The notes beneath the pieces were generated by a model, which was not told where the DNA came from, did not search any database, and was given only the letters and a program-made list of their open reading frames with translations. Shown here in pieces: positions 7,698 to 15,850 of a DNA stretch of 32,000 nucleotides; positions within the stretch are counted from its first letter, which is position 1; every line of letters begins with the position of its first letter. The position numbers and the translations under genes are program-made. The DNA comes from Methylorubrum extorquens (GTDB taxonomy: Bacteria; Pseudomonadota; Alphaproteobacteria; Rhizobiales; Beijerinckiaceae), in contig LT962688.1 in assembly GCA_900234795.1 (NCBI GenBank), forward strand, positions 4,020,001 to 4,052,000. Reading direction: 5' to 3'.

Positions 7698-8576
7698 TCA
7701 GGCCGCGATGGTGAGCCCGTCGTGACCGGCAAGGCTCTGGCTGAGGAACGTGATCAGCGGCTCCACGAGATCGGGCGCCCGGTCCTCGCCGAGCACGCTG
7801 ACCTCCGTCATCGGCAGGGCCGGCCAGAGGTCGGGCGCACGCAGGATCTGCATGCCCTCCTGGACGAAGGAGCGGCCGAGCAACGTCACCCCGAGCCCGC
7901 CCGCCACCGCCGCCTGCACGCCCATCAGGCTGCTCGCCGTGCAGGCGGCAACCCAGTCGCGCCGCACGGAATCGAGGGCAGCAATCATCGATTCACGATA
8001 GCTGCACGGCGCTGCCAGCATGACGAGGCGCGCGGGCTTGGTGAAGTCGAGCTGGTAGTCGGCGGAGGCGAGCCAGACGAGGGGCTCGCGCCAGATCACG
8101 CGTCCTCGTCCATTCGTGCCGCTGCGCTTGACGATCACCGCATCGACCCGGTCCGCGTCGTAGGCTTCGAGAAGGTTGCAACTCAGGCCCGTCATCAGCG
8201 CGATGTGGACATCGGGATAGAGCCGACCGAACCGCGCGAGCAGCTTCGGCAACTGACCGGGGATGAAGTCCTCCGACACGCCGAGCCGCAGGGTGCCGCT
8301 CGCGGTGGGCTCCCGCCAGGCGCGCATGAACCGGTCGTTGAATTCCAGCATTTGACGTGCCGCGACCAGCAGCCGCTCGCCGTCCGGCGTGAGCCCGAGC
8401 ATACGGCTGGTCCGGTCGAAGACCCGCCGGCCGAGGATCTCTTCGAGGCGAAGCACCTTCTGGCTCACAGCCGATTGCGAACGGTGCACCACGTCGGCGG
8501 CGGCCGTGAAGCTACCCGTCTCGGCGACCGCTACGAAGGCCCGCAGCAGATCGAGCTCCAGATCCGGGTATCGCAT
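7698..8576 (-). CDS. LysR-family transcriptional regulator
   Basis: 292 aa. N-terminal wHTH LDLLRAFVAVAETGSFTAAADVVHRSQSAVSQKVLRLEEILGRRVFDR, followed by a periplasmic-binding-protein-like effector domain. Confidence 0.9.
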   Translation of the reverse strand: MRYPDLELDLLRAFVAVAETGSFTAAADVVHRSQSAVSQKVLRLEEILGRRVFDRTSRMLGLTPDGERLLVAARQMLEFNDRFMRAWREPTASGTLRLGVSEDFIPGQLPKLLARFGRLYPDVHIALMTGLSCNLLEAYDADRVDAVIVKRSGTNGRGRVIWREPLVWLASADYQLDFTKPARLVMLAAPCSYRESMIAALDSVRRDWVAACTASSLMGVQAAVAGGLGVTLLGRSFVQEGMQILRAPDLWPALPMTEVSVLGEDRAPDLVEPLITFLSQSLAGHDGLTIAA

Positions 8577-8638
8577 GGTTCGGCCGCTTCCCAGTCTCGC
8601 AAAAACTCAACACCGAGGCCCGGCCCATCACCGGCATC

Positions 8639-9433
8639 CTACCCATCAACCGTTCGGCGACCCTTGCCATGGGGCTCATCCCCGACCGATGAGGGTGCCG
8701 ACTGAGCGACAGGACCGTCGAGTTCCTCGACATGCTCGCTGGCCGGGAGCACGACGACCCGCGTCTCGACCGGAACGCGACCGTAGAGGTCGACGATGTC
8801 CTGGTTGAACATTCGGATGCAGCCGGAGGAGACGTCGGTGCCGATGGTCTGCGGTTCGGTGGTCCCATGGATGCGGTAGAGCGTATCGCGCGGGCCCTCG
8901 AAGAGGTAGAGCGCTCGGGGTCCCAGCGGGTTGCCGAGGCCGCCGGCCATGCCGTTGCGCCAGGGCCCGTTGCGGTCCGGCTCCCGCGCGATCATCTCCG
9001 CTGTCGGGGTCCAGCGCGGCCACTCGGCCTTGCGTCCCACCCGCGCCGACCCGCTCCAGGCAAGACCCGCCCGACCGACACCGACCCCGTAGCGCAAAGC
9101 GCGGCCCTTCTCGCGCACGAGGTAGAGGAACTTGCGGCCCGGATCGACGACCAGCGTGCCCGGCGGTTCGGCACGCGGATAGGCGACCTCCTGGCGGAAG
9201 TAGCGGGGTTCGACGCCGCTGATCTCGGTTGCCGGCAGCGGGAAACGCTCGTTGGGGCGCGCGCCGTACATCGCCGTGAAGGCTGCGTTCGGCACCGGTA
9301 CCAGGGCAGTCTGCTGGGGTTCGTCGGTCACGCAGCCGCCCAAGGCTAAAGCAAGCCAGGTCAGCCGGAGGATGGTCGAACGCTTAGGACCATCACCCTG
9401 CCAGGGGGAGGCAAGCGAGCCCGGCTCGTTCAT
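8639..9433 (-). CDS. L,D-transpeptidase (YkuD/ErfK family) lipoprotein
   Basis: 264 aa. Lipobox LALALGGC near the N-terminus. Catalytic YkuD motif YRIHGTTEPQTIGTDVSSGCIRMFNQD. Confidence 0.85.
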   Translation of the reverse strand: MNEPGSLASPWQGDGPKRSTILRLTWLALALGGCVTDEPQQTALVPVPNAAFTAMYGARPNERFPLPATEISGVEPRYFRQEVAYPRAEPPGTLVVDPGRKFLYLVREKGRALRYGVGVGRAGLAWSGSARVGRKAEWPRWTPTAEMIAREPDRNGPWRNGMAGGLGNPLGPRALYLFEGPRDTLYRIHGTTEPQTIGTDVSSGCIRMFNQDIVDLYGRVPVETRVVVLPASEHVEELDGPVAQSAPSSVGDEPHGKGRRTVDG

Positions 9434-9803
9434 GACACGCGCTACCCTTCCAGAGATGTCCCACGTTCGAGGCCATCAAGGGGACCTCAAACCGCCGGGG
9501 AAGGATGCCCCTCGTCGACGACCGAGGGAAACGCATAGTTCTGATGGGATCTAGCTGCCAATCGAATGGGATCGTACCAGCCTACCTGAGGTCTCTCCGA
9601 TCGCGGGTACCATGGCTGTCTTGAGCTTCAACCGGTTTCCTCCCGACTGGTGTCGACCCAATGTTGCCCTGGACGGGCGCACCGTCGCGGTCTGCCGACT
9701 CGGTGCGGTCGACCTGAACGGCCGGCTGGCGGGCGCGGCGGGGCTGATGACCGCATGGCCGAGGTCCGGAAGCGGATGCTGACGGCGGCGAGGGTTTGAT
9801 ACG

Positions 9804-9834
9804 AAAAACCCCGCCGCGGCTGAGCCGGGCGGGG
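9804..9834 (-). terminator. Rho-independent terminator (minus strand)
   Basis: The minus strand reads CCCCGCC-CGGCTCAGCCGC-GGCGGGG followed by TTTTTCG. The same 31 nt recur at 10754-10785. Confidence 0.7.
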
Positions 9835-10048
9835 CTGGAGAAGGTGCACGCGGGACTGATCGCGCGTGAGGCATCAGTGGCGTGCAGACAGCGGCGGGTC
9901 TATCCCTGCGCCGAAGCTGAGGGAACACGATCGCGTCACCCCGGCGGCGCTCCTCCGAACGGAAGCCCCTGTCCGCCACCCATCCCCGCTTTAGGGCCCG
10001 GTGCGCCCGATCGCGGGGCCGATGCCTACAGGGGGGAAGCAATCGTCG
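9804..10048 (-). ncRNA. Candidate terminator-capped small RNA or leader (element A)
   Basis: Non-coding divergent gap. The minus strand starts with a ~100-nt block (plus-strand 9941-10040) paralogous to 10995-11099. It ends in a GC-rich hairpin plus U-run. TATAGG lies just upstream on the minus strand. The 5' end is not defined. Confidence 0.35.
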
Positions 10049-10060
10049 AGTGGACCTATA

Positions 10061-10072
10061 CATACGCGTATG
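10061..10072. promoter_or_regulatory. Perfect 12-bp palindrome CATACGCGTATG, candidate operator
   Basis: Lies ~72 bp upstream of the VOC gene start and directly upstream (minus strand) of element A. No cognate regulator is identified. Confidence 0.25.
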
Positions 10073-10143
10073 CGAACGACAGCGGTCCGATTCGGCGCTC
10101 ATCCACGATTTGCTTGTGTGGCCTATCCCTGGAGAAAGCGATT

Positions 10144-10518
10144 ATGTTCACTCACATCATGATCGGCAGCAACAACTTGGAGCAGGCCCGGAGCTTCTAC
10201 GATGCCACATTCGCCGCTCTGGGAGGCCAGCCCGGTGAGATGGATGCCAGAGGCAGGCTGATCTACTCCCACGAGGGCGGGCGGCTGATGGTCACGAAGC
10301 CCATCGATGGCAAGCCGGCAACCGCGGCCAACGGTGGGACGATCGGTATCGCAGCAGCGAGCCGTGACCATGTTCTCGCGTGGCATGAAGCCGGGCTCGC
10401 GCATGGTGGTACTGCTATCGAGAGCCCGCCCACAGAGCGTCCGAATGGATCCTTTGTCGCCTATCTTCGTGACCCGGACGGAAACAAGCTGACGGCACGG
10501 ACGCATCCGGGGAAGTGA
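10144..10518 (+). CDS. VOC-family (glyoxalase/bleomycin-resistance/dioxygenase fold) protein
   Basis: 124 aa from the ATG preceded by GGAGAAAGCGATT. MFTHIMIGSNNLEQARSFYDATFAALG...FVAYLRDPDGNKL is a typical VOC pattern. The longer tracked ORF from 9796 has a non-protein-like N-terminus. Confidence 0.8.
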   Translation: MFTHIMIGSNNLEQARSFYDATFAALGGQPGEMDARGRLIYSHEGGRLMVTKPIDGKPATAANGGTIGIAAASRDHVLAWHEAGLAHGGTAIESPPTERPNGSFVAYLRDPDGNKLTARTHPGK

Positions 10519-10753
10519 CAATAACCGGCGTCAAATTCACGTCGTTCGAATTGAAGATGGAGGCCAATGCTGAACATTCGAGAAAGTTCGGCACAGCCTC
10601 AGTTTAGCTTTTCGATCACTGCACTGACAGCCCCGGGCGCTCCACACACGTCGCCCGAACCATCATCTGACGTCTCACGGACAAACGTTGTGATCGGCCC
10701 GACGGTAATCTCGGACTTTGCGGATGGCCGCTCGTGGGCGTGGAAAGGGTATG

Positions 10754-10785
10754 AAAAACCCCGCCGCGGCTGAGCCGGGCGGGGG
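10754..10785 (-). terminator. Rho-independent terminator (minus strand), duplicate of the one at 9804-9834
   Basis: Minus strand: CCCCCGCC-CGGCTCAGCCGC-GGCGGGG-TTTTTCAT. Confidence 0.65.
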
Positions 10786-10874
10786 TGAGTTGCGTCATGG
10801 AACGAGAGGTTCTGAAGTGAAACCCCAATCGGGTCGAACGGTTCAGCCTCGGTTTGAAATCGCACCGTGTCGCC

Positions 10875-10910
10875 GAAACGAAAGACCCCGCGCCGGCGGA
10901 CCGGGCGGGG
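10875..10910 (-). terminator. Rho-independent terminator (minus strand)
   Basis: Minus strand: CCCCGC-CCGGTCCGCCGGC-GCGGGG followed by TCTTTCGTTTC. Confidence 0.6.
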
Positions 10911-11104
10911 CAAGGTGGTCGTGGACTGAGATGCCTGAGAGTGGAACGACAGGCCTGCAATAAACGGGTGGTTGTGGGCAGATAGTCCCTCATCCTGGCG
11001 CCGCCCCTCCGAACGGAAGTGCCCCCGTCCGCCACCAATCGCCGATGTGGTGCCGGATCGGCTGGATCGACGGGCCGATGCCTGCAGAGGGTGGGGAGCT
11101 GTCC
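10875..11104 (-). ncRNA. Candidate 3'-UTR-derived or independent small RNA (element B), paralogous to element A
   Basis: Begins immediately after the LysR stop codon (11105-11107). The first ~105 nt (plus-strand 10995-11099) align with 9941-10040. It ends at the 10875-10910 terminator. Confidence 0.35.
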
Positions 11105-12043
11105 TCAGGGTGTCGCCCGAAAGGCGACATTCGGCGTGGCGCCGATCGGCACGGAGCCTGCAGCGGCGGAGACAAGCCAGCTGACCAACTTCTCGACATC
11201 CGCTTCCCGAACCGAGTGGCGCGGGCGAACGACCCAGTAAGGGTACGCGTCGAGGACAGGCCCGAACGGTTGGACCAGGGCACCGCTCGCCAACTCGTCG
11301 GCGGTCAGTACGTCAGAGAGGAGCGCTATCCCCTGGCCGGCGATCGCGGCCTGGATGACATGCCCCTCGTCGCTGAACCGAATGCCCGCTCTGCCATCGA
11401 CGCCGGTCACCCCGGCATGCCGCAACCAGGCAGGCCAAGTCGGCGTCTCGTCGGTCAGGCGGGGCCACTCGAAATGCAGCAGCGTGTGATGTCTCAAGTC
11501 ACCCACGGATCGAATGGCGAGGTGGGGACTACAAGCAGGAGTAACGCGCTCGGCTAGAAGCCTGTGAGCGTCGAAATCGGAATAGGGACCCGGCCCGTAC
11601 CGGACCGCGACATCCACGCCATCGCGAGCGAAGTCGATCAAGCTGTCGGACGCGTGCAGTCGCAGGTCGCAAGCGGGATGCGCGGCACGGAAGTCGGCAA
11701 GCCGTGGCACCAGCCACTTCGCGACGAAGGCAGTCGGAGCCGAGAGCGTGAGGACACTGGCCGCGCGCCGGCCGCGGATCTGGTCGATGGCTTCGGCAAA
11801 CGCGTCGAAGCCATCGCGGAGCACGGGCAGCAGTACGGCTCCCTCTGCGGTCAATCGGACCCGGCGCGTCTCGCGGTGGAAGAGGCGCAGCCCCAGGGTT
11901 TGTTCGAGAAGCCGGATCTGATGGCTGATCGCGGTCGGCGTGACGCCCAGTTCGTCGGCTGCTCCGCGGAAGCTCAGTCGGCGCGCAGCCGCCTCGAAGG
12001 CCCGCAGGGTCGCGAGCGGGGGAAGCGACCTTCGCATCGTCAT
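11105..12043 (-). CDS. LysR-family transcriptional regulator (GcvA-like subgroup)
   Basis: 312 aa. LPPLATLRAFEAAARRLSFRGAADELGVTPTAISHQIRLLEQTLGLRLFHR is the characteristic GcvA/AmpR-type wHTH. Confidence 0.9.
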   Translation of the reverse strand: MTMRRSLPPLATLRAFEAAARRLSFRGAADELGVTPTAISHQIRLLEQTLGLRLFHRETRRVRLTAEGAVLLPVLRDGFDAFAEAIDQIRGRRAASVLTLSAPTAFVAKWLVPRLADFRAAHPACDLRLHASDSLIDFARDGVDVAVRYGPGPYSDFDAHRLLAERVTPACSPHLAIRSVGDLRHHTLLHFEWPRLTDETPTWPAWLRHAGVTGVDGRAGIRFSDEGHVIQAAIAGQGIALLSDVLTADELASGALVQPFGPVLDAYPYWVVRPRHSVREADVEKLVSWLVSAAAGSVPIGATPNVAFRATP

Positions 12044-12046
12044 GGC

Positions 12047-12059
12047 TGAATGTAGCTCA
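12047..12059. promoter_or_regulatory. T-N11-A dyad (TGA-N7-TCA), possible LysR box
   Basis: TGAATGTAGCTCA lies in the divergent gap between LysR (11105-12043) and the MDR reductase gene. Such motifs occur by chance, so this is weak. Confidence 0.2.
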
Positions 12060-12138
12060 TCCGTCCCGTGAGGAGAACGAGTTCGTCATCCCGTATCCCG
12101 GCTGACACAAAGGCGCCTGCCGAGGACAGGAGACTCAC

Positions 12139-13095
12139 TTGAAAGCGATGGTGTTGACGAGGTTCGGGGGGCCGGACAGCTTCGAGCTCCGGGATCTACC
12201 CGACCCGCGGCCAGGACCCCGGCAGGTCCGCGTTGCGGTGCATGCGACGTCGATCAATCCGCTCGATGCACAGATCCGCCGCGGTGACTACGCCGATCAG
12301 GTCGAACTGCCTGCCATCATCGGGCACGACGTATCCGGGGTGGTCGACCAGGTCGGATCCGACGTAACGAAGTTCCGCGTGGGGGATGAGGTCTATTACA
12401 CGCCGCAGATCTTCAGCGGGCCGGGATCGTACGCGGAATACCATGTGGCGGACGCCGACATCGTGGCGCGAAAGCCGGTCAACCTGACCCATTCCGAGGC
12501 CGCGAGCGTCAGCCTGGTCGGCGTGACCGTTTGGGAGGGGCTGGTCGAACGGGCCCGGTTGCAGGTGACCGAGACCGTCCTGATCCACGGCGGCGCCGGC
12601 GGCGTCGGGGCCATCGCCGTCCAGGTCGCCAAGGCCATCGGCGCGCGTGTCCTGGCGACAGCGCGAGGCAGCGACGCGGCGCTCGTCGAACGGCTCGGTG
12701 CCTCGGCCGTCATCGATTTCGAGCGCGAGGACTACGTGGACGCCGTCGATCGCCTGACCGAAGGCAGGGGCGTCGACGTCGTTCTGGATACGATCGGGCG
12801 CGACACGCTTTCGCGTTCCCCACGCATCCTCCGCGAGGATGGGCGAGTCGTCACCCTGGTGGACACGGCGACGCCCCAGAACCTCATCGACGCCTGGGGC
12901 CGGAACGCGACCTACCACTTCGTCTTCTCTCGCCAGAACGGCAGCAAGCTCGACGCCCTCACGCGCCTCCTCGAGCGAGGCCTGGTGGTGCCGCAAGTCG
13001 GCCTGGAGTTTCCCCTCGACGACGTCGCACGCGCCCACGCGCGCTCCGAGGAGGGTCGGCTCAAGGGCAAGATCGTGCTCAGAGTCAGATCGTGA
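12139..13095 (+). CDS. NADPH:quinone reductase-like zinc-binding dehydrogenase (MDR superfamily)
   Basis: 318 aa. TTG start 7 nt after GGAG, with an alternative ATG at 12148. [47 protein letters not shown] (Rossmann GxGxxG) and C-terminal GKIVL. Confidence 0.9.
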   Translation: MKAMVLTRFGGPDSFELRDLPDPRPGPRQVRVAVHATSINPLDAQIRRGDYADQVELPAIIGHDVSGVVDQVGSDVTKFRVGDEVYYTPQIFSGPGSYAEYHVADADIVARKPVNLTHSEAASVSLVGVTVWEGLVERARLQVTETVLIHGGAGGVGAIAVQVAKAIGARVLATARGSDAALVERLGASAVIDFEREDYVDAVDRLTEGRGVDVVLDTIGRDTLSRSPRILREDGRVVTLVDTATPQNLIDAWGRNATYHFVFSRQNGSKLDALTRLLERGLVVPQVGLEFPLDDVARAHARSEEGRLKGKIVLRVRS

Positions 13096-13197
13096 CGCAG
13101 CCGGACCTCTGCTGGAGTCCCCGACCTGATAGGTCGCGATGTCCTGTAGATCGAAGATGATGATGAGATCCCAAAGCCAGCAAAAGAGGTGATAACC

Positions 13198-13851
13198 ATG
13201 AAATCCCGCAACGGCCTTGATTCGCTACTTCGTCCCGAAGACTCCGTACTGGTTCTGATCGATCATCAGCCCTACCAGCTCACGAACCTGAACAGCCACG
13301 ATCCGCACATGGTCGTGAACAACACGACCGCTCTGGCTAAATCGGCCAAGGTGTTCGGCGTGCCCACCATCCTCACGAGTGTCATAGCGGAGCGCGGCGG
13401 CGTCATCTTCCCGCAAGTCACCGATGTCTTTCCGGGCCAGGAGGTGATCGACAGAACGTTCATCAACACCTGGGAGGATGAGAAAGTCGTGGATGCGGTT
13501 AAGGCGACCGGCCGCAAGCAGCTGATCATCGCAGGCCTCTGGACCGAAATCTGTGTCGCGATGCCCGCGATCCAGGCCGCAGGCGAAGGCTGGGACGTCA
13601 CGGTGGTCACCGACGCCTCCGGCGGCGTCTCGGTTGAGGCGCACGAAGTCGCCATCCAGCGCATGATCCGGGCCGGCGTGAACATGATGACTTGGCTGGC
13701 GCTGGCGGCCGAGTGGCAGCGCGACTGGGCCCGCCTGGATACCGCCCTCGGTCTCACCGAGGTGCTCAAGCAGCACGCTGCCGGCAGCGGCATCGCATAT
13801 CTTTGGGAGCAGCAGCTACTCGCTACGCCTGTGCCGAAAGCTGCAGGCTGA
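13198..13851 (+). CDS. Isochorismatase-family (cysteine hydrolase, YcaC-like) protein
   Basis: VLVLIDHQ and LIIAGLWTEICVAMPAIQAAGEGWDVTVVTDASGG (catalytic Cys context). The ATG is preceded by AGAGGTG. The tracked ORF opens 9 nt earlier, at a GTG (13189). Confidence 0.85.
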   Translation: MKSRNGLDSLLRPEDSVLVLIDHQPYQLTNLNSHDPHMVVNNTTALAKSAKVFGVPTILTSVIAERGGVIFPQVTDVFPGQEVIDRTFINTWEDEKVVDAVKATGRKQLIIAGLWTEICVAMPAIQAAGEGWDVTVVTDASGGVSVEAHEVAIQRMIRAGVNMMTWLALAAEWQRDWARLDTALGLTEVLKQHAAGSGIAYLWEQQLLATPVPKAAG

Positions 13852-13855
13852 TCGA

Positions 13856-14068
13856 ATAGCGGCCGCCCTCGCCGATCCGGCGAGGCGCACGGGCGGCTGG
13901 ACGGAGCGGTTCAAGGACATCCCGCTGAGCGAGGATGGCTCGATCCATCTCTCGACCGGCGTGGAGATCCGCACCCGTTACGAGGGCTATGCCAACCTCG
14001 ACTGGGGATCGGCGCGCCACGATTCCTTCGTCTGGCAGCGCGTGATGCTCGATGCCGACCTGCAACAT
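13856..14068 (+). pseudogene. N-terminal fragment of an alginate-export/porin-like outer-membrane protein
   Basis: The frame of ORF 13961 extended upstream reads IAAALADPARRTGGWTERFKDIPLSEDGSIHLSTGVEIRTRYEGYANLDWGSARHDSFVWQRVMLDADL. This resembles the start of alginate-export-domain barrels. There is no start codon or signal peptide, and protein-like sequence ends after ~70 residues. Confidence 0.4.
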
Positions 14069-14198
14069 CGGACTGAGACATGGGGGACTCCTCCCCTTCA
14101 GAAGGTACCTGTCCCGGGCCCTCTCGGTCGGCCAACGACTTGGGACGTCCCGTCTCCTCAGTCGGATCGATCCTCAGACCTTGACGATGAGCCTCCGT

Positions 14199-15089
14199 TC
14201 ACGGGGAGGCCAGCTGTGTGATCAGCCAGCGGCCGGCCGGGCCCGGCGGGCGCTCAATGGGGTAGACGGCCCACATCGGCAGGAACAGACCGCCCTTCGG
14301 CACGGCGGCGATATCCAGTCTCACGAGGAGACCGCTAGCAAGGTCATCCGCGACGACGTCGAGGGGCATCCCTCCCCAGCCCAGGCCCGAGCGCAGGAAT
14401 GCGTGCTTCGCCCCGAGATCCGCAAGCCGCCACGTCCTCGGCGAGAATACGCCGAACTCGCGCCCTTTGGTTAGCTCGCTCCGGTCGGTCAGGACCAATT
14501 GGACATGCTCGGCCAAGTCGGCGGTGGGGATCGTCCCCGTCCGTCGGCCGAGGGGATGTGCGGGCGAGGCAACCATCACCAACTCAACCTGGCATAATGG
14601 CTCGCGTGCGAGTTCAGGGGGGAGCAGGGGAGTGGCGCCGGCGACCGCGAATGCGCAACGTCCGTCGAGAACCGGTGCGATCACCGCGCCGAGGGTCTCG
14701 ACCTGTACCCGAAGTGGGGTCCTCGGGAATGCCGGTTGAAACGCGACCACGGCGGCTGTCAGCACCTGGATCGGAAACAGAACGTCGAGCACGATGCTGA
14801 CCTCTGGCTCCAGGCCGCCGGCGAGGTCCTTTGCGTGCGACTTGAAGGTCTCGGCGGCGGCGACGGTCGCACGGGCATGGGCCAACAGCACTCTGCCGGC
14901 CTCGGTCAGGATCGGATAGCGGCTGGAACGGTCGAACAGCTTGATGCCGGACTGGCTCTCCAGGTTGGCGAGGGATTGGCTGATGAGGGACTGAGCGCGC
15001 CCGAGCTTGCGTCCGGCCGCCGAGAAGCTGCCGGTGTCGACGGCGGCGACGAAGGTTCGCAACTGATCGAGGGTGAGCTGATCGAGCAT
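14199..15089 (-). CDS. LysR-family transcriptional regulator
   Basis: 296 aa. LDQLRTFVAAVDTGSFSAAGRKLGRAQSLISQSLANLESQSGIKLFDR. Confidence 0.9.
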   Translation of the reverse strand: MLDQLTLDQLRTFVAAVDTGSFSAAGRKLGRAQSLISQSLANLESQSGIKLFDRSSRYPILTEAGRVLLAHARATVAAAETFKSHAKDLAGGLEPEVSIVLDVLFPIQVLTAAVVAFQPAFPRTPLRVQVETLGAVIAPVLDGRCAFAVAGATPLLPPELAREPLCQVELVMVASPAHPLGRRTGTIPTADLAEHVQLVLTDRSELTKGREFGVFSPRTWRLADLGAKHAFLRSGLGWGGMPLDVVADDLASGLLVRLDIAAVPKGGLFLPMWAVYPIERPPGPAGRWLITQLASP

Positions 15090-15113
15090 CCATCTGTCCA
15101 GGTGATGGGACGC

Positions 15114-15135
15114 ATCGAAACATAGAGGCTTCGAT
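15114..15135. promoter_or_regulatory. Inverted repeat ATCGAA-N10-TTCGAT, candidate LysR operator
   Basis: Perfect 6-bp arms in the divergent gap between LysR (14199-15089) and the DoxX gene. Confidence 0.3.
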
Positions 15136-15205
15136 GGGAGACGGAAGGCGCTTAGGTCTTTCGCTCACAGCCAAGCCGCGCCCGCGGTCGGCCACCTTGA
15201 ACCGG

Positions 15206-15613
15206 ATGTCCCTCATGTCTCAGACCCTCGCGGCCTCGCCGGCTTCCTCGCGCAAGCTCACCATCGTCGCCTGGTCGCTGCAGGTGCTGCTCGCCCTCGT
15301 GTTCCTCGCCGCTGGCGGGGCCAAGCTCGCCGGCGTGTCGATGATGGTGCAGGTCTATGACCTCATTGGCGTCGGCCAGTGGTTCCGCATCGTCACCGGT
15401 CTTGTGGAAGTCGCCGGTGCCGTCGCCCTGCTGGTGCCCGGATACGCCGCCTTCGCCGCCCTCTTGCTGGCCTGCACCATGGTGGGTGCCATCCTGGCCC
15501 ATCTCACCGTTCTGCCCACGCCCGCCGCCCCGGCCGTCGTGCTGCTCGCCCTCACCGCGACCTTGGTGTGGCTGCGCCGCGATCAGATCCTCGCGGTTCT
15601 CGGTCGCCGCTGA
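15206..15613 (+). CDS. DoxX-family membrane protein
   Basis: Four hydrophobic helices. LQVLLALVFLAAGGAKL...VTGLVEVAGAVALLVPG...LACTMVGAILAHL is DoxX-like. Start is uncertain: the ORF is open from 15134, with ATGs at 15206 and 15215. Confidence 0.75.
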   Translation: MSLMSQTLAASPASSRKLTIVAWSLQVLLALVFLAAGGAKLAGVSMMVQVYDLIGVGQWFRIVTGLVEVAGAVALLVPGYAAFAALLLACTMVGAILAHLTVLPTPAAPAVVLLALTATLVWLRRDQILAVLGRR

Positions 15614-15850
15614 CCATGGGTCGGCCGCTGCATGGCCTTGCCGGCGGCGGCCTCGAACGAACCGGGAGAGAGCGGTCTGTTGGGGGGCGGGGTCCTTTCG
15701 TGCGGTTCGATCGGCTACGTCTCGGGCATTGTCGACCGGCTCAAGCCCGAAGGCAGAAACGTTCTGCGGGCTCTGCGCGCGTAAGCTGGGGCCGCCTCTC
15801 TCTGCGGCCACGACCCACATCGACCCCGCCTGACACAGGGAAAGCCCGTC

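Noticed and set aside
5733-8705. Long alternative-frame ORFs (5733..6731 minus, 6435..7532 plus, 6508..7104 minus, 7650..8705 plus)
   Set aside because: They cross several well-supported genes and intergenic gaps, have Arg/Pro-rich low-complexity sequences, and show no recognisable motifs.
9875-9881. GCCACTG (B12-box-like heptamer) on the minus strand of element A, suggesting a cobalamin riboswitch
   Set aside because: The other conserved cobalamin-riboswitch features, as I recall them (AGGGAA...GGUG..AAUCC core), are absent, and the paralogous element B lacks the heptamer.
9551-10143. ORF 9551..10102 (minus, 183 aa) and the N-terminal extension of ORF 9796..10518
   Set aside because: Both run through a terminator hairpin and the conserved RNA-like block. 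Their sequences are Arg/Pro-rich. The VOC domain starts cleanly at the ATG at 10144, which has its own SD.
10567-10773. 68-aa plus-strand ORF preceded by GGAGG
   Set aside because: Only 3 nt separate GGAGG from the ATG. Third-position GC is far below that of neighbouring genes. The ORF ends inside the terminator hairpin, and I recognise no motif.
10616-11038. Start codons placed 12 nt after the GGAGG of the conserved hairpin in both RNA-like elements: GTG in element A (21 codons) and ATG in element B (long ORF)
   Set aside because: The two predicted peptides share no similarity, and the element B ORF reads through two terminators. The GGAGG is more likely the 3' arm of the CUUCC-GUUC-GGAGG hairpin than a ribosome-binding site.
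13189-13197. GTG at 13189 as the start of the isochorismatase-family gene
   Set aside because: The ATG three codons downstream is better placed relative to the AGAGGTG SD-like sequence. The difference is minor, and the GTG remains possible.
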